Of a stretch of DNA of 64,000 bases, positions 20,650 through 30,692 are shown piece by piece. Source of the stretch: Chitinophaga pinensis (GTDB lineage: Bacteria; Bacteroidota; Bacteroidia; NS11-12g; UBA955); assembly GCA_945888525.1 (NCBI GenBank), contig CAMDAF010000009.1:13276-77275 (forward strand), read 5' to 3'. How positions within the stretch are numbered: position 1 is the first letter of the stretch; each line of letters starts with the position of its first letter. The position numbers and the translations under genes were made by a program. Below the pieces are notes generated by a model. That model was not told the DNA's origin. It did no database searches and worked only from the letters and a program-made list of their open reading frames with translations.

Positions 20650-20736
20650 TTTTGTCTGCAAATATGACAAAATTACTTGACTTTTTCCTAGGTATGGAAT
20701 TTGACTCTTGTAATTTATCAAACACATTTTTGTAAT

Positions 20737-22542
20737 ATGAGTAAAACAGGTTCAATTTCAGTAAATACGGAAAATATTTTCCCTATCATTAAAAAGTTTT
20801 TATACAGCGACCATGAGATTTTTATCAGGGAACTTGTTTCAAACGCCACAGATGCTTGTCAGAAGTTAAAAACATTGTCAAGTTTGGGCGAAGTCAAAGG
20901 CGAAACTGGAGATTTTAAAATTACCGTCACTTTAAATGAAGAAAATAAAACACTAACAATTAGTGACAATGGTATCGGAATGACCGAAGATGAGATTGAA
21001 AAATACATCAACCAATTGGCCTTTTCTGGTGCCGAGGAATTTGTGCAAAAATACAAAGACAAAGCCGATGCCAATGTTATTGGGCATTTCGGTTTAGGTT
21101 TTTACAGTGCCTTTATGGTGGCTGCTCAAGTTGAAATTCAAACTTTATCTTACAAAGAAAATTCCGTTTCAAGTTCTTGGATTTGCGATGGAAGCACACA
21201 ATTCACCATTGGCGAAGGCAACAGAACAGAGCGCGGTACAGATATAATATTGCATTTGGCTGAGGATAGTTTGGAATTTAACAGCAAGTATAAAATTTCA
21301 AGTCTGCTAACTAAATATTGCAAATTTTTACCTGTGCCCATTGAGTTTGATGGCAAAATTATCAATTCTGAAAAGCCATTGTGGTTGAGCAAGCCTGGGG
21401 ATCTTAAAGACGAAGATTACACTGCATTCTATCAAACCTTGTATCCAAATGCAGAAGCTCCATTGTTTTGGATACACATCAATGTCGATTATCCTTTTAA
21501 CTTAACGGGCATATTGTATTTCCCGAAAGTTGACAGTGCTATTGAAGCTGAAAAACACAAGGTTCAATTGTACAGCAACCAGGTATTTGTTACCGATAAT
21601 GTAAAAGAAATTCTACCTGAATTTTTAATGTTGCTTCACGGTGTAATCGATTCACCAGACATTCCTTTAAATGTTTCTAGAAGTAGCTTGCAAAGTGATT
21701 CAAACGTTAAAAAGATTACCACCCACATTAGCAAAAAGGTAGCCGATAAATTGGCGGAATTGTTCAAAACAGACCGTGCCGATTTTCAAGCCAAGTGGCC
21801 TAACATCGACTTGTTTGTTAAGTATGGTATTTTGAGTGATGAGAAATTTGCTGAAAAGGCAAAAGATTATTGCTTATTGGAAAGCACCAACGGAGCTTAT
21901 TACACCATGTCTGAACATTTAGAAAAAATCAAAGCAATTCAAACAGACAGTGATTCAAAATTGGTCGTTTTATACACCAACAATTCCGAAGAACAATACG
22001 CGTATGTAAGCGCTGCTAATAGCCGCGACTATGAAGTGCTTAAACTTGAAGGCCCATTGGATAGTCATTTTACAGGGTACTTAGAACAGCACAATGAGAA
22101 TGTTCAATGCAAGCGTGTGGATGCCGATGCCTTGGATAAACTGATTAAATCGGACCGTTCAGAGATTTCATTGTTAAATGAAGAAGAATCTAAACTGTTG
22201 TTAAGCGTTTTTGAATCGGCCAACCGCCGCTCAGACATTAAATTTAGTACAGAAGCCCTTTCTCCATCAGAGGCTTTGTTAACCATAACAGAAAGTGAAT
22301 ACGACAGACGTATGCGTGAAATGAGCAAGATGAACGGGTTTAATATGTTTGGTAATTTACCTATAAATTATCAGACGGTTTTAAATACCAACCACCCCAA
22401 AGCTAAAATTCTAGTTTCCGAAAATGCAGAACAGGCAAAATCGGTGGCAGAAAAAGCGCTTAATCTGGCCATGTTGTCAAAGGGATTGTTAAAAGGAGAG
22501 GACTTAAGTCACTTTATTCAATCTGAATTTGAAAAATTATAA
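20737..22542 (+). CDS. htpG: Molecular chaperone HtpG (Hsp90)
   Basis: LYSDHEIFIRELVSNATDA, DNGIGM and IGHFGLGFYSAFMVA motifs; start at MSKTGSISV. Confidence 0.97.
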   Translation: MSKTGSISVNTENIFPIIKKFLYSDHEIFIRELVSNATDACQKLKTLSSLGEVKGETGDFKITVTLNEENKTLTISDNGIGMTEDEIEKYINQLAFSGAEEFVQKYKDKADANVIGHFGLGFYSAFMVAAQVEIQTLSYKENSVSSSWICDGSTQFTIGEGNRTERGTDIILHLAEDSLEFNSKYKISSLLTKYCKFLPVPIEFDGKIINSEKPLWLSKPGDLKDEDYTAFYQTLYPNAEAPLFWIHINVDYPFNLTGILYFPKVDSAIEAEKHKVQLYSNQVFVTDNVKEILPEFLMLLHGVIDSPDIPLNVSRSSLQSDSNVKKITTHISKKVADKLAELFKTDRADFQAKWPNIDLFVKYGILSDEKFAEKAKDYCLLESTNGAYYTMSEHLEKIKAIQTDSDSKLVVLYTNNSEEQYAYVSAANSRDYEVLKLEGPLDSHFTGYLEQHNENVQCKRVDADALDKLIKSDRSEISLLNEEESKLLLSVFESANRRSDIKFSTEALSPSEALLTITESEYDRRMREMSKMNGFNMFGNLPINYQTVLNTNHPKAKILVSENAEQAKSVAEKALNLAMLSKGLLKGEDLSHFIQSEFEKL

Positions 22543-22602
22543 ACATCAGAAAACCTATAGCTCAATCAGTAAAATTGATGTTGAACACTCGGTTGTGGAT
22601 TT

Positions 22603-22610
22603 TAAATTTG
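22603..22610 (+). promoter_or_regulatory. Bacteroidota housekeeping -7 promoter element for trxA
   Basis: TAAATTTG matches TAnnTTTG, 60 nt upstream of the ATG. Confidence 0.6.
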
Positions 22611-22670
22611 CAACATCAAATAAAAAGATTGTTTTTTTGAACATCAATTCATTCGTAAATTATAAATAAC

Positions 22671-22991
22671 ATGGCAAAACATTTCACAGATTCAAGTTGG
22701 GAGACAGAAGTACTAGGTTCGGACAAACCCGTATTGGTAGATTTTTGGGCAGAATGGTGCGGCCCCTGCCGTATGATTGGTCCATTGGTTGAAGAACTCT
22801 CTGCAGAATATGAAGGCAAAGCATTGGTAGGTAAACTAAATGTAGATGAGAACCCTGGCGTGGCAACTAAATATGGTATCCGCAGCATCCCAACCTTGTT
22901 GGTATTCAAAGGTGGTGAAGTCGTTGACAAAATTGTAGGCGCTGTGCCTAAAACAATGTTGGCGTCTAAAATTGATGCGCAATTGGTATAG
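22671..22991 (+). CDS. trxA: Thioredoxin
   Basis: [11 protein letters not shown] active site; YGIRSIPTL; 106 aa. Confidence 0.97.
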   Translation: MAKHFTDSSWETEVLGSDKPVLVDFWAEWCGPCRMIGPLVEELSAEYEGKALVGKLNVDENPGVATKYGIRSIPTLLVFKGGEVVDKIVGAVPKTMLASKIDAQLV

Positions 22992-23012
22992 TTCTAGTTA
23001 ATAATGTATTCT

Positions 23013-23042
23013 AAAGGGAGCAATTTTTTGTTCCCTTTTTTT
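23013..23042 (+). terminator. Intrinsic terminator of trxA
   Basis: AAAGGGAGCAA-loop-TTGTTCCCTTT followed by a T run. Confidence 0.75.
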
Positions 23043-23107
23043 ATTGGGAATGTTTTTCTCGATTTTTTTTAACTACAATACTTTACTTTTGTTTCACTTT
23101 ATATTAA

Positions 23108-24220
23108 ATGAAATTTAGTAGCACAATATTTTTAATTTCTCTCATATTTAATCTTCAAGCACAGGTTAGCAACACAGGCATGGTGAATGTATACGACTCT
23201 GCAGCCAAAGGGAAGATAACAGTTGGTGCTTATGTCGATGTGTATTATGGGTTTGACTTTAATCGACCAATTGAATCAGACCGTCTATACTGTGTTTCTT
23301 CTCCGCGACACAACGAGGTGAACATAAATCTAGCTTACGCAGATTTTAAATACATCAACGACAATGTGCGTGCGCACTTTGTTCCTGGCTTTGGAAATTA
23401 TATCAATTCCAATTATGCGGCCGAGAAGGGATCGCTTAAAAACATAGTTGAAGCCAATGCAGGGGTGAAATTGTTCAAGAAAAAAGATGTTTGGTTGGAT
23501 GCGGGTGTTTTGCCCTCTCCGTATACCAATGAGTCGGCCATTTCTAAAGACCATTTAATGTATACCCGTTCTTTCGCCCCAGAATATGTGCCTTATTTTT
23601 TAACTGGAGTCAAATTGTCGACACCAATAAATAAGAAAGTAAGTGCGTATTGGTATCTGTTAAACGGCTGGCAGTCGATTCAAGACGCCAACAAGCAATT
23701 GTCGATTGGAACTCAAATTGAATACCGCCCAAACAATAAACTTTTGCTTAACTGGAATACCTATGTGGGCAATGAAGGTTCGAAAATAAACCCTGATTTC
23801 GGTGTGCGGTATTTTACCGATTTGTATGCAATCTACAACCCAGATGGGAAGTTTTCTTTAACTTCATGTGTATATGCAGGGCTTCAAGAGCGCAAAGATA
23901 CATTTGGTATAAAATCGCAAGGACAATGGTGGCAAGCCAATGTAATTGGGCGGTATAGCTTTAATAAAAAGTCATCGCTTTCTGCACGCCTAGAGTATTT
24001 TGAAGATGCATCGTCCATTCAAATTAAACCAATTACTAAAGTTGCTGGATTTAGCACTTTTAGTGGCGGACTCTGTTACAATTTAAAAATAAGTGCCAAT
24101 GCGTTGTTTCGATTCGAGGGCAGAACCTACTATTCAGAGAAAAATGTATATGAAAGTCCGAGCAAAAAATCTATTCCTTTTAGCAATTTACTCATCACCA
24201 ATCTGACGGTTTGGTTCTAA
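23108..24220 (+). CDS. Outer-membrane beta-barrel porin (OmpL-like/BBP2 type)
   Basis: Signal peptide LQA/Q; YVDVYYGFDFNRP, YTRS...PYFLTG, NGW motifs; ends in aromatic VWF; TACTTTTG promoter at 23084-23091. Confidence 0.75.
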   Translation: MKFSSTIFLISLIFNLQAQVSNTGMVNVYDSAAKGKITVGAYVDVYYGFDFNRPIESDRLYCVSSPRHNEVNINLAYADFKYINDNVRAHFVPGFGNYINSNYAAEKGSLKNIVEANAGVKLFKKKDVWLDAGVLPSPYTNESAISKDHLMYTRSFAPEYVPYFLTGVKLSTPINKKVSAYWYLLNGWQSIQDANKQLSIGTQIEYRPNNKLLLNWNTYVGNEGSKINPDFGVRYFTDLYAIYNPDGKFSLTSCVYAGLQERKDTFGIKSQGQWWQANVIGRYSFNKKSSLSARLEYFEDASSIQIKPITKVAGFSTFSGGLCYNLKISANALFRFEGRTYYSEKNVYESPSKKSIPFSNLLITNLTVWF

Positions 24221-25674
24221 TGTTAAAAGTCATTTCTCAGAAGTATAAACTCGGTCTGTTAATGGGCATATTTGCCCTTATTTACGGACTCATTGCCTTT
24301 GTTAACCATTATTGCTTTAGAACTTTTGCCTTAGACTTGGGCGTCTACACCAATGCCTTATACGACTATGCCCATGGCCAATGGAACGACGCAACACTAT
24401 TTAAAGAAATTCCAAGGAACTTGCTTTCCGACCACCTCGATTTTACTCTAATTTTGTTGGGTCCTATATCTCGCGTTTTTGGCCAATACACGCTTCAGTT
24501 GGCGCAAATTATTTTTGTTTTATTTGGGGGGCTTGGCGTCTATAAATTTTTGTTAGAAAGCAATCTTAAATCCTCTGTGGCTTTGATTGCAGTTTTGCAC
24601 TTCTTCCTATTCTTTGGTATTTATTCAGCTCTGTCTTTCGACTACCACAGCAATGTTCTTGCGGCTATGTTATTGCCTTGGTTTTTATTGTTTTTGCAAC
24701 GCAAAAACTTTGTAAAAGCATCTGTTTTTTTCTTTTTGATGCTTATGTGTAAAGAGTCGATTGCGCTTTGGATGGCCTCAGTTTGTTTTGCCCTTTTAAT
24801 TGAATACCGAAAAGATAAAAAACGAATTTTATTTTTAAGCGGAGCCTTATTCTTTTCCTTGGTTTATTTTTTCGCCGCCATTAAATATATCATGCCGGCA
24901 TTGTCGACTGATCAAGTATATGGGAATTTCAAATACCATATTTTAGGCACAGATTTTTTTGACGCTTTCTTGAATATTTGTAGGCACCCAATTGAATTTT
25001 TAACTCATTTATTTACCAACCACTCAGGAAATGTAAAATTCGATTGGGTGAAAACAGAGTTTTATTTATTTATTGCATTTTCAGGCGCCATTGTTTTGAT
25101 CTTTAAGCCAAGCTATTTATTGATGTTGCTAGTGCCAATCGTGTCAAAAATGTGTTACGACGATCCTGCCATTTGGAGTATTGATTGCCACTATTCCATA
25201 GAGTTTGCACCCATAATCACCTTAGGCTTGTTTTTGGTGTTAGGTAAATTTAAATCTTTAAAATTGCAAAGAACTTTAGCCATTGTCGCTTGTGTTTTTT
25301 CTTTGGCAGTCAGCATTCGTTTAATGGACCATACAATTTATTTACACGATTACAACCGTTTGCGCATTTATCAAAAAGGCCACTATTCAAGAGGACACAA
25401 TATACAAATAATTCATCAATATTTAAGGCAAATTCCGACGAATGCTCGTGTTAGTGCACAATCCCCTCTGCTGCCGCATCTTGCTTACCGCAACAAAGCC
25501 TACATGTATCCCATTGTTAAGGACGCAGAATATATTGTTTTGTCGCGTATTGAACCCGAGACATATCCTATTGAAAAACAAGTTTTAATACAAGGACTTA
25601 ACGACTCAATAGCCTCGGGAAGGTGGTTGCTTATTATTGATCTTCAGGAGATTTCTGTGTTAAAGAAAAAATAG
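24220..25674 (+). CDS. DUF2079 family polytopic membrane protein (GT-C glycosyltransferase-like)
   Basis: FRTFALDLG, LLSDH, FDYHS, CKES and HYS motifs; many TM helices; C-terminal IPTNARVSAQ..LLPHLAYR; TAATG overlap with the porin gene. Confidence 0.75.
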   Translation: MLKVISQKYKLGLLMGIFALIYGLIAFVNHYCFRTFALDLGVYTNALYDYAHGQWNDATLFKEIPRNLLSDHLDFTLILLGPISRVFGQYTLQLAQIIFVLFGGLGVYKFLLESNLKSSVALIAVLHFFLFFGIYSALSFDYHSNVLAAMLLPWFLLFLQRKNFVKASVFFFLMLMCKESIALWMASVCFALLIEYRKDKKRILFLSGALFFSLVYFFAAIKYIMPALSTDQVYGNFKYHILGTDFFDAFLNICRHPIEFLTHLFTNHSGNVKFDWVKTEFYLFIAFSGAIVLIFKPSYLLMLLVPIVSKMCYDDPAIWSIDCHYSIEFAPIITLGLFLVLGKFKSLKLQRTLAIVACVFSLAVSIRLMDHTIYLHDYNRLRIYQKGHYSRGHNIQIIHQYLRQIPTNARVSAQSPLLPHLAYRNKAYMYPIVKDAEYIVLSRIEPETYPIEKQVLIQGLNDSIASGRWLLIIDLQEISVLKKK

Positions 25675-25750
25675 CCATTGCGTTGAATTGTATTCTTGCC
25701 TAAATTGGTTTGTATTGCGTCTAAATGTTCTATTTTTGCAAGACTAAATT

Positions 25751-27388
25751 ATGTCTGACAAAATCGATATCGAATTTAACAAAAACGAAGACCACAACAA
25801 ACAGTTGGTATTTGAGCTAAAGACCAAACACAAAAAAGTGAGTTTGGGCGGAGGCGAGAAAGCGGCTGCAAAGCAAAAAGAAAAGGGTAAATTATTGGCC
25901 CGCGAGCGTATTGATTATTTAAGGGACAACGATAGCCCTTTTACAGAAGTTGCGGCCTTTGCTGGCGATGGCATGTATCCTGAACACGGTGGATGCCCGG
26001 GTGCTGGCGTTGTTTGCGGAATTGGATATGTGAGTGGACGTCAATGTATGATTGTTGCCAATGATGCAACGGTAAAAGCTGGAGCTTGGTTCCCAATCAG
26101 CGGAAAGAAAAATTTACGTGCCCAAGAAATAGCCATGGAAAACCGGTTGCCAATTATTTATTTGGTCGACTCAGCAGGGGTGTTTTTGCCCATGCAAGAT
26201 GAGATATTTCCAGACAAAGAACATTTCGGACGAATATTCAGAAACAATGCAGTAATGAGCAGTATGGGGATTACCCAAATTGCAGCGGTTATGGGCAGCT
26301 GTGTGGCAGGTGGTGCTTATTTGCCAATAATGAGTGATGAAGCTTTGATTGTAGATAAAACAGGCTCCATATTTTTAGCCGGTTCCTATTTGGTGAAAGC
26401 TGCAGTGGGAGAGGACATAGACAATGAGACCTTGGGTGGAAGTATTTCTCAATCTGAAATTTCGGGGGTAATAGACGACCGTTTTCCAGATGACAAGTCT
26501 TGCCTCGACCGAATCAAATACATCATGGATAAGATTGGTAAATTTGAGGAAGCCGGTTTCGACCGTGTGGCCACAATAGCACCCTTGCATGACATTAAAA
26601 ATATATATGGAATCTTGCCGATGGACAGGGCCAAGCCTTATGACAGCAAGTTTTTAATTCAACACTTGGTTGATAACAGTGAGTTTGAAGAATACAAAGA
26701 AGCTTATGGCAAAACCATATTGTGCGGCTATGCCCGCATTGAAGGTTGGGCTGTTGGTATTGTAGCCAATAACCGCATGACGACAAAAAACAAAAAAGGA
26801 GAAATGCAATTTGGGGGTGTTATTTACAACGATAGTGCCGATAAAGCTGCTAGGTTTATCATGAACTGCAACCAAAAGAAAATTCCTTTGGTGTTTTTAC
26901 AAGACGTTACTGGTTTTATGGTGGGTAGCAGAAGCGAGCACGCCGGGATTATTAAAGACGGCGCTAAAATGGTAAATGCCATGAGCAATAGCACGGTGCC
27001 TAAGTTTACCATCATACTTGGCAACAGCTATGGCGCAGGAAACTACGCCATGTGTGGAAAGGCCTACGATCCGCGTCTTATTTATGCTTGGCCAAGTGCA
27101 CGCATAGCGGTAATGGGCGGAGAGCAAGCGGCCAAAGTGATGTTGCAAATAGAGAAAGCAAGTTTGGAAGCCAAAGGCGAAAAAATCACACCAGAAGCTG
27201 AAAAAGAATTGTTGGATAAAATCATCGCTCGTTATGAAAAACAACTGTCTCCATACTATGCCGCTTCGCGCATTTGGGTGGATGGGATAATTGATCCAAT
27301 AGAAACCAGAAAGGTAATTAGCGAAGGCATAGCAATGGCAAACCACGCGCCTGTGAAGCCGTTTAACGTGGGTGTTTTGCAAACGTAG
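25751..27388 (+). CDS. Acyl-CoA carboxylase carboxyltransferase (beta) subunit, methylcrotonyl-CoA-carboxylase-like
   Basis: GKLLARERI, ANDATVKAGAW, GSCVAGGAY, QDVTGFMVG and GNSYGAGNYAMCG motifs; TATTTTTG promoter at 25731-25738. Confidence 0.92.
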   Translation: MSDKIDIEFNKNEDHNKQLVFELKTKHKKVSLGGGEKAAAKQKEKGKLLARERIDYLRDNDSPFTEVAAFAGDGMYPEHGGCPGAGVVCGIGYVSGRQCMIVANDATVKAGAWFPISGKKNLRAQEIAMENRLPIIYLVDSAGVFLPMQDEIFPDKEHFGRIFRNNAVMSSMGITQIAAVMGSCVAGGAYLPIMSDEALIVDKTGSIFLAGSYLVKAAVGEDIDNETLGGSISQSEISGVIDDRFPDDKSCLDRIKYIMDKIGKFEEAGFDRVATIAPLHDIKNIYGILPMDRAKPYDSKFLIQHLVDNSEFEEYKEAYGKTILCGYARIEGWAVGIVANNRMTTKNKKGEMQFGGVIYNDSADKAARFIMNCNQKKIPLVFLQDVTGFMVGSRSEHAGIIKDGAKMVNAMSNSTVPKFTIILGNSYGAGNYAMCGKAYDPRLIYAWPSARIAVMGGEQAAKVMLQIEKASLEAKGEKITPEAEKELLDKIIARYEKQLSPYYAASRIWVDGIIDPIETRKVISEGIAMANHAPVKPFNVGVLQT

Positions 27389-27404
27389 TTTTTGAGTTGT
27401 TTTT

Positions 27405-30400
27405 TTATCTCAGCAAATTAAGGGTCCCTGATAACTCGATTAACTTGCCTTCTTTTGATCCAATTTTAGCTTTATAAATATAAACATCTGCTTGGCAATC
27501 GCTGTCTTTATAGGTTCCATCCCAGGCGGCATTGTTAGATGTTTCAAATAGTTTTTCACCCCAGCGGTTAAAGACTTCATAACTTGCAGATTCATCAGAT
27601 ACGCCATAGATGTGAAACGATTCGTTTTTGCCATTTTGGTCTGGTGAAAAGGCATTGGGAATATAATATTGTAGATACTTGAAAAACTTAATGTTTTGTG
27701 AAAATGTATCAAAACAATTGTATTCATTCTCTGCATAGAGTTTAACAGTATAGACACTTTTCTTGGCATAAATATGTGTTGGTTCGAAATCTTCACTGCT
27801 TTCCTGGTCACCCCAATACCATGTGTAATAATTGGCTCCAATGCTTCTGTTTTTTGTTTTGATTTCGTTTTTTATAACACCATCTTTTAGATCACTCACT
27901 TGTATTGTAAACAAGGGTTTAGGAACAGGGTTTACAATTAAATCAAAGTGAGCGGTGTCGCTTTTGCAACCAAGATATTCTGCCTGGTTAATGATTTTAA
28001 AATGACGTATTTTTTGCGACTTATAAGTTTGGATACTTGGGATATTCTGAGTGCCCGACTTAAATTCACCATAGATGCTGTCTCCATAAATCCACGAAAT
28101 ACTTGATGCTTGTGGATGACATCTAAGTTCAATTTCTTCGCTGCGTTCACCTGCGCAAATTTTCGAAATTTTCGAATTGGTCATGCGAGGTTTTGCAATA
28201 CTTTGAATGGTAAAGTTCATTGGATCTGAACTGCATAGGCCATTTTTTGCTTCAACCATAATATTTGAAACTTGATTTTCTTCTAGAATAGTTAGTTTTT
28301 GAGAAGGGATAAAGTTTATTCCAGTGGACGCTATTCCAACAACTGAATTGTCGTTTTGCCAATTGATTTCATCAAATTGATTCTTAATGGTAAAATTGAT
28401 TTTTGGTAAACCATCTCCGCTGCAAAACTTCTTAGGGTTGATTTGCTCAATAATAGGTTTACTTTTGATGTCAATATTGAATTGCATGGCCTGAGATTTG
28501 CATTTGCCGTTGTTTGAAAAAACGGTAATTCTAGCGTGCTGATTGGTGCTAGCGTTCAATGTGTATAGAGCTTGAATCAATGTGCTTCCAGAGTCTGGTA
28601 TACCAATACTATTATTGTTGTTAAACCATTTAAACTTTGCGCCGTTTGTGGAACTTTTAAATACAATGGCATTTAGTTTTTCGCCAGCACAAAATTCCAA
28701 GTTTTTTTCTTGTATAATTATTGGAAGCCCTAAAACATTGATTGCGAAATTAAGGGTATCTGCAGGGCAAAAGTTGTTAGACCCTATTACTTGTATTTGC
28801 GCTGTTTGGTCGTTCTCAATTCCTTGGCTTTTAAAAGCAGGGATGTGTGCATTGCCCCATGCATTCAAGCCGAAAGTAGGGTTGCTGTTGTACCAATCTA
28901 TCTTGCAATCGCTGAGGTTAGATTTGAAAATGATTTTTGTAAGACTATCCCCAGCACATATTGTATATGAATTTACAGATTCAAGTTTAACTTTTGATTT
29001 TATAGAAAGTTTAAAAATTTGTGGTTTTCCCCTTGCCGTATCGGCCTTTGGGTATATTACAATTTTTGCATTTTCAATAGTTGTAACATTAGGTGCTTTG
29101 AAATCTGCAATTTGTCCCCAACCAGATTTTGCCAATCCTACATTCGGATTGTCATTGGTCCAATAGTAGCGAATATTTGGACTGTCGCTTTCAAATTTTG
29201 GGAATCTTACAGTATCGCCTGCGCACACTGATAATGAATCAAAAGCCAAAGCCTTCATTTCTGCCCCATAGCGCAACAAGTTTATTTCAATTGTGTCACG
29301 AATTAAAATGCATTTATTAAAGTCTGTAATGGTAATCCAATACTTGCCACTTCTATCTATAACAATACTTTCAGTGGTTTGGCCTGTCGACCACAAATAT
29401 TGAGCGTTTTTGTAGTTTGCGCTTAACGTTTTCTTGTGGTAATCGATGATGCTGTCTTTGCCTAAGCTGAAGTAATTGTCCAAACTTTCTACATAAGTTG
29501 GCAATCCGATATGGCTTTTGGCATTTAGTTTTAAATAATTTAGAATGGGTTGACATTTCAATCCCAACTCCTCAGGAAATAAAATACAGTTTAGTGATTT
29601 AGAGCTGTATGAATTACTGGTGTATAATTTATTGTCTTTTCCTAGCTGAAGGGCGCCAATTCTTGAAGGACTTTTTAATACTAAAATGCCATTTTCGAAA
29701 ATTTGTTTTGGATTTTGATTTAGATTGAATTGAAAAACCTCACCTCTGTCTACTAAGGATGTGTATAAAAAACCGTTGTTTGGCGAAAATGAAAGGCCGT
29801 AAAATGTTTGGTCGTCTCCCATGGGTAAAGTTTCATGTGCCAAGTATGTTATTCGACCAGTTTGTTTGTCGAATTTATACAATTCAATGGTTCTGCCATG
29901 GCATTGCGCATTAGCCAAATAATTGCCATCAGTAGAAAATTTCAAATAGCCAAGTTCAATGTTCTTAGAGACACTTATGTTTTGAAAACTACTAACCGGG
30001 CTAATATTAATTCCGCTCGAATCTATAGAAAAACTTAAATATTCATTGCTTAAGGCTTTATGCATAACAAGCCAAAACCCATCGCTAGAACAGTTTTTTG
30101 TTACTGCAATTTTTTCATCTGAATTTTCAACAAGTATTGCATTTTTTTTGATGATTTTTCCCAGTCCTTCGTTTGCATTAATATCTAAAATGTTATAAGT
30201 TAATAAATGGGTGTTTGTCATATTAGACTGAACACAAAATAAATAATATAAATTCGGACTTTTAGGAAATGGAACCACCACACAAGATGAAGTAGAAGAT
30301 GGGTCGCCTTTTAAGCCAGTTCCATTTTGCATAACAACATGGTTCTTGTTCCAAACAGTAATACCGTCTGAATAAAACAAAAGATTGCCGTATTTATCGC

Positions 30401-30590
30401 TCACCGAACTACAACCTTCAAGTGTTTTTAAAGTGTTTAATGGGGCTAAAACCTGAGGTGTTCCATTCTTAAAAGATACATGACATGAATTACCGAAAAT
30501 CCAATGGTCGTTTTCACCTTGCGCCTTAATTGTGCTGATGCTGATGAAGTGAAAAATGATTAGAATTGTTAGAGAGTAGATTGACTTCAT
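27405..30590 (-). CDS. Secreted protein: N-terminal beta-propeller, Ig/PKD-like repeats, T9SS type B CTD
   Basis: Signal peptide IKA/Q; WIFG...EGCSSVSDKYGNLLFYSDG propeller start; repeated ICAG(D/E)...WxNxNxxIG units; YIPNAFSPDQNGKNESF...FNRWGE...WDG. Confidence 0.85.
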   Translation of the reverse strand: MKSIYSLTILIIFHFISISTIKAQGENDHWIFGNSCHVSFKNGTPQVLAPLNTLKTLEGCSSVSDKYGNLLFYSDGITVWNKNHVVMQNGTGLKGDPSSTSSCVVVPFPKSPNLYYLFCVQSNMTNTHLLTYNILDINANEGLGKIIKKNAILVENSDEKIAVTKNCSSDGFWLVMHKALSNEYLSFSIDSSGINISPVSSFQNISVSKNIELGYLKFSTDGNYLANAQCHGRTIELYKFDKQTGRITYLAHETLPMGDDQTFYGLSFSPNNGFLYTSLVDRGEVFQFNLNQNPKQIFENGILVLKSPSRIGALQLGKDNKLYTSNSYSSKSLNCILFPEELGLKCQPILNYLKLNAKSHIGLPTYVESLDNYFSLGKDSIIDYHKKTLSANYKNAQYLWSTGQTTESIVIDRSGKYWITITDFNKCILIRDTIEINLLRYGAEMKALAFDSLSVCAGDTVRFPKFESDSPNIRYYWTNDNPNVGLAKSGWGQIADFKAPNVTTIENAKIVIYPKADTARGKPQIFKLSIKSKVKLESVNSYTICAGDSLTKIIFKSNLSDCKIDWYNSNPTFGLNAWGNAHIPAFKSQGIENDQTAQIQVIGSNNFCPADTLNFAINVLGLPIIIQEKNLEFCAGEKLNAIVFKSSTNGAKFKWFNNNNSIGIPDSGSTLIQALYTLNASTNQHARITVFSNNGKCKSQAMQFNIDIKSKPIIEQINPKKFCSGDGLPKINFTIKNQFDEINWQNDNSVVGIASTGINFIPSQKLTILEENQVSNIMVEAKNGLCSSDPMNFTIQSIAKPRMTNSKISKICAGERSEEIELRCHPQASSISWIYGDSIYGEFKSGTQNIPSIQTYKSQKIRHFKIINQAEYLGCKSDTAHFDLIVNPVPKPLFTIQVSDLKDGVIKNEIKTKNRSIGANYYTWYWGDQESSEDFEPTHIYAKKSVYTVKLYAENEYNCFDTFSQNIKFFKYLQYYIPNAFSPDQNGKNESFHIYGVSDESASYEVFNRWGEKLFETSNNAAWDGTYKDSDCQADVYIYKAKIGSKEGKLIELSGTLNLLR

Positions 30591-30692
30591 AGGCGCTGAA
30601 TTTATTTGAAGACAAGTTCAATTTTAAATTCGTGGCTTATAAAAAGAAAATATTTTTTAATCTTGCAAAAAGGGCATTCGTAATACTTTGAT

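Noticed and set aside
28582-29166. 194-aa antisense ORF, and similar ones such as 26897..27382, 46124..46576, 49127..49630, 57816..58283 and 63414..63827
   Set aside because: Each lies opposite a well-supported gene and has no motifs; these are shadow ORFs.
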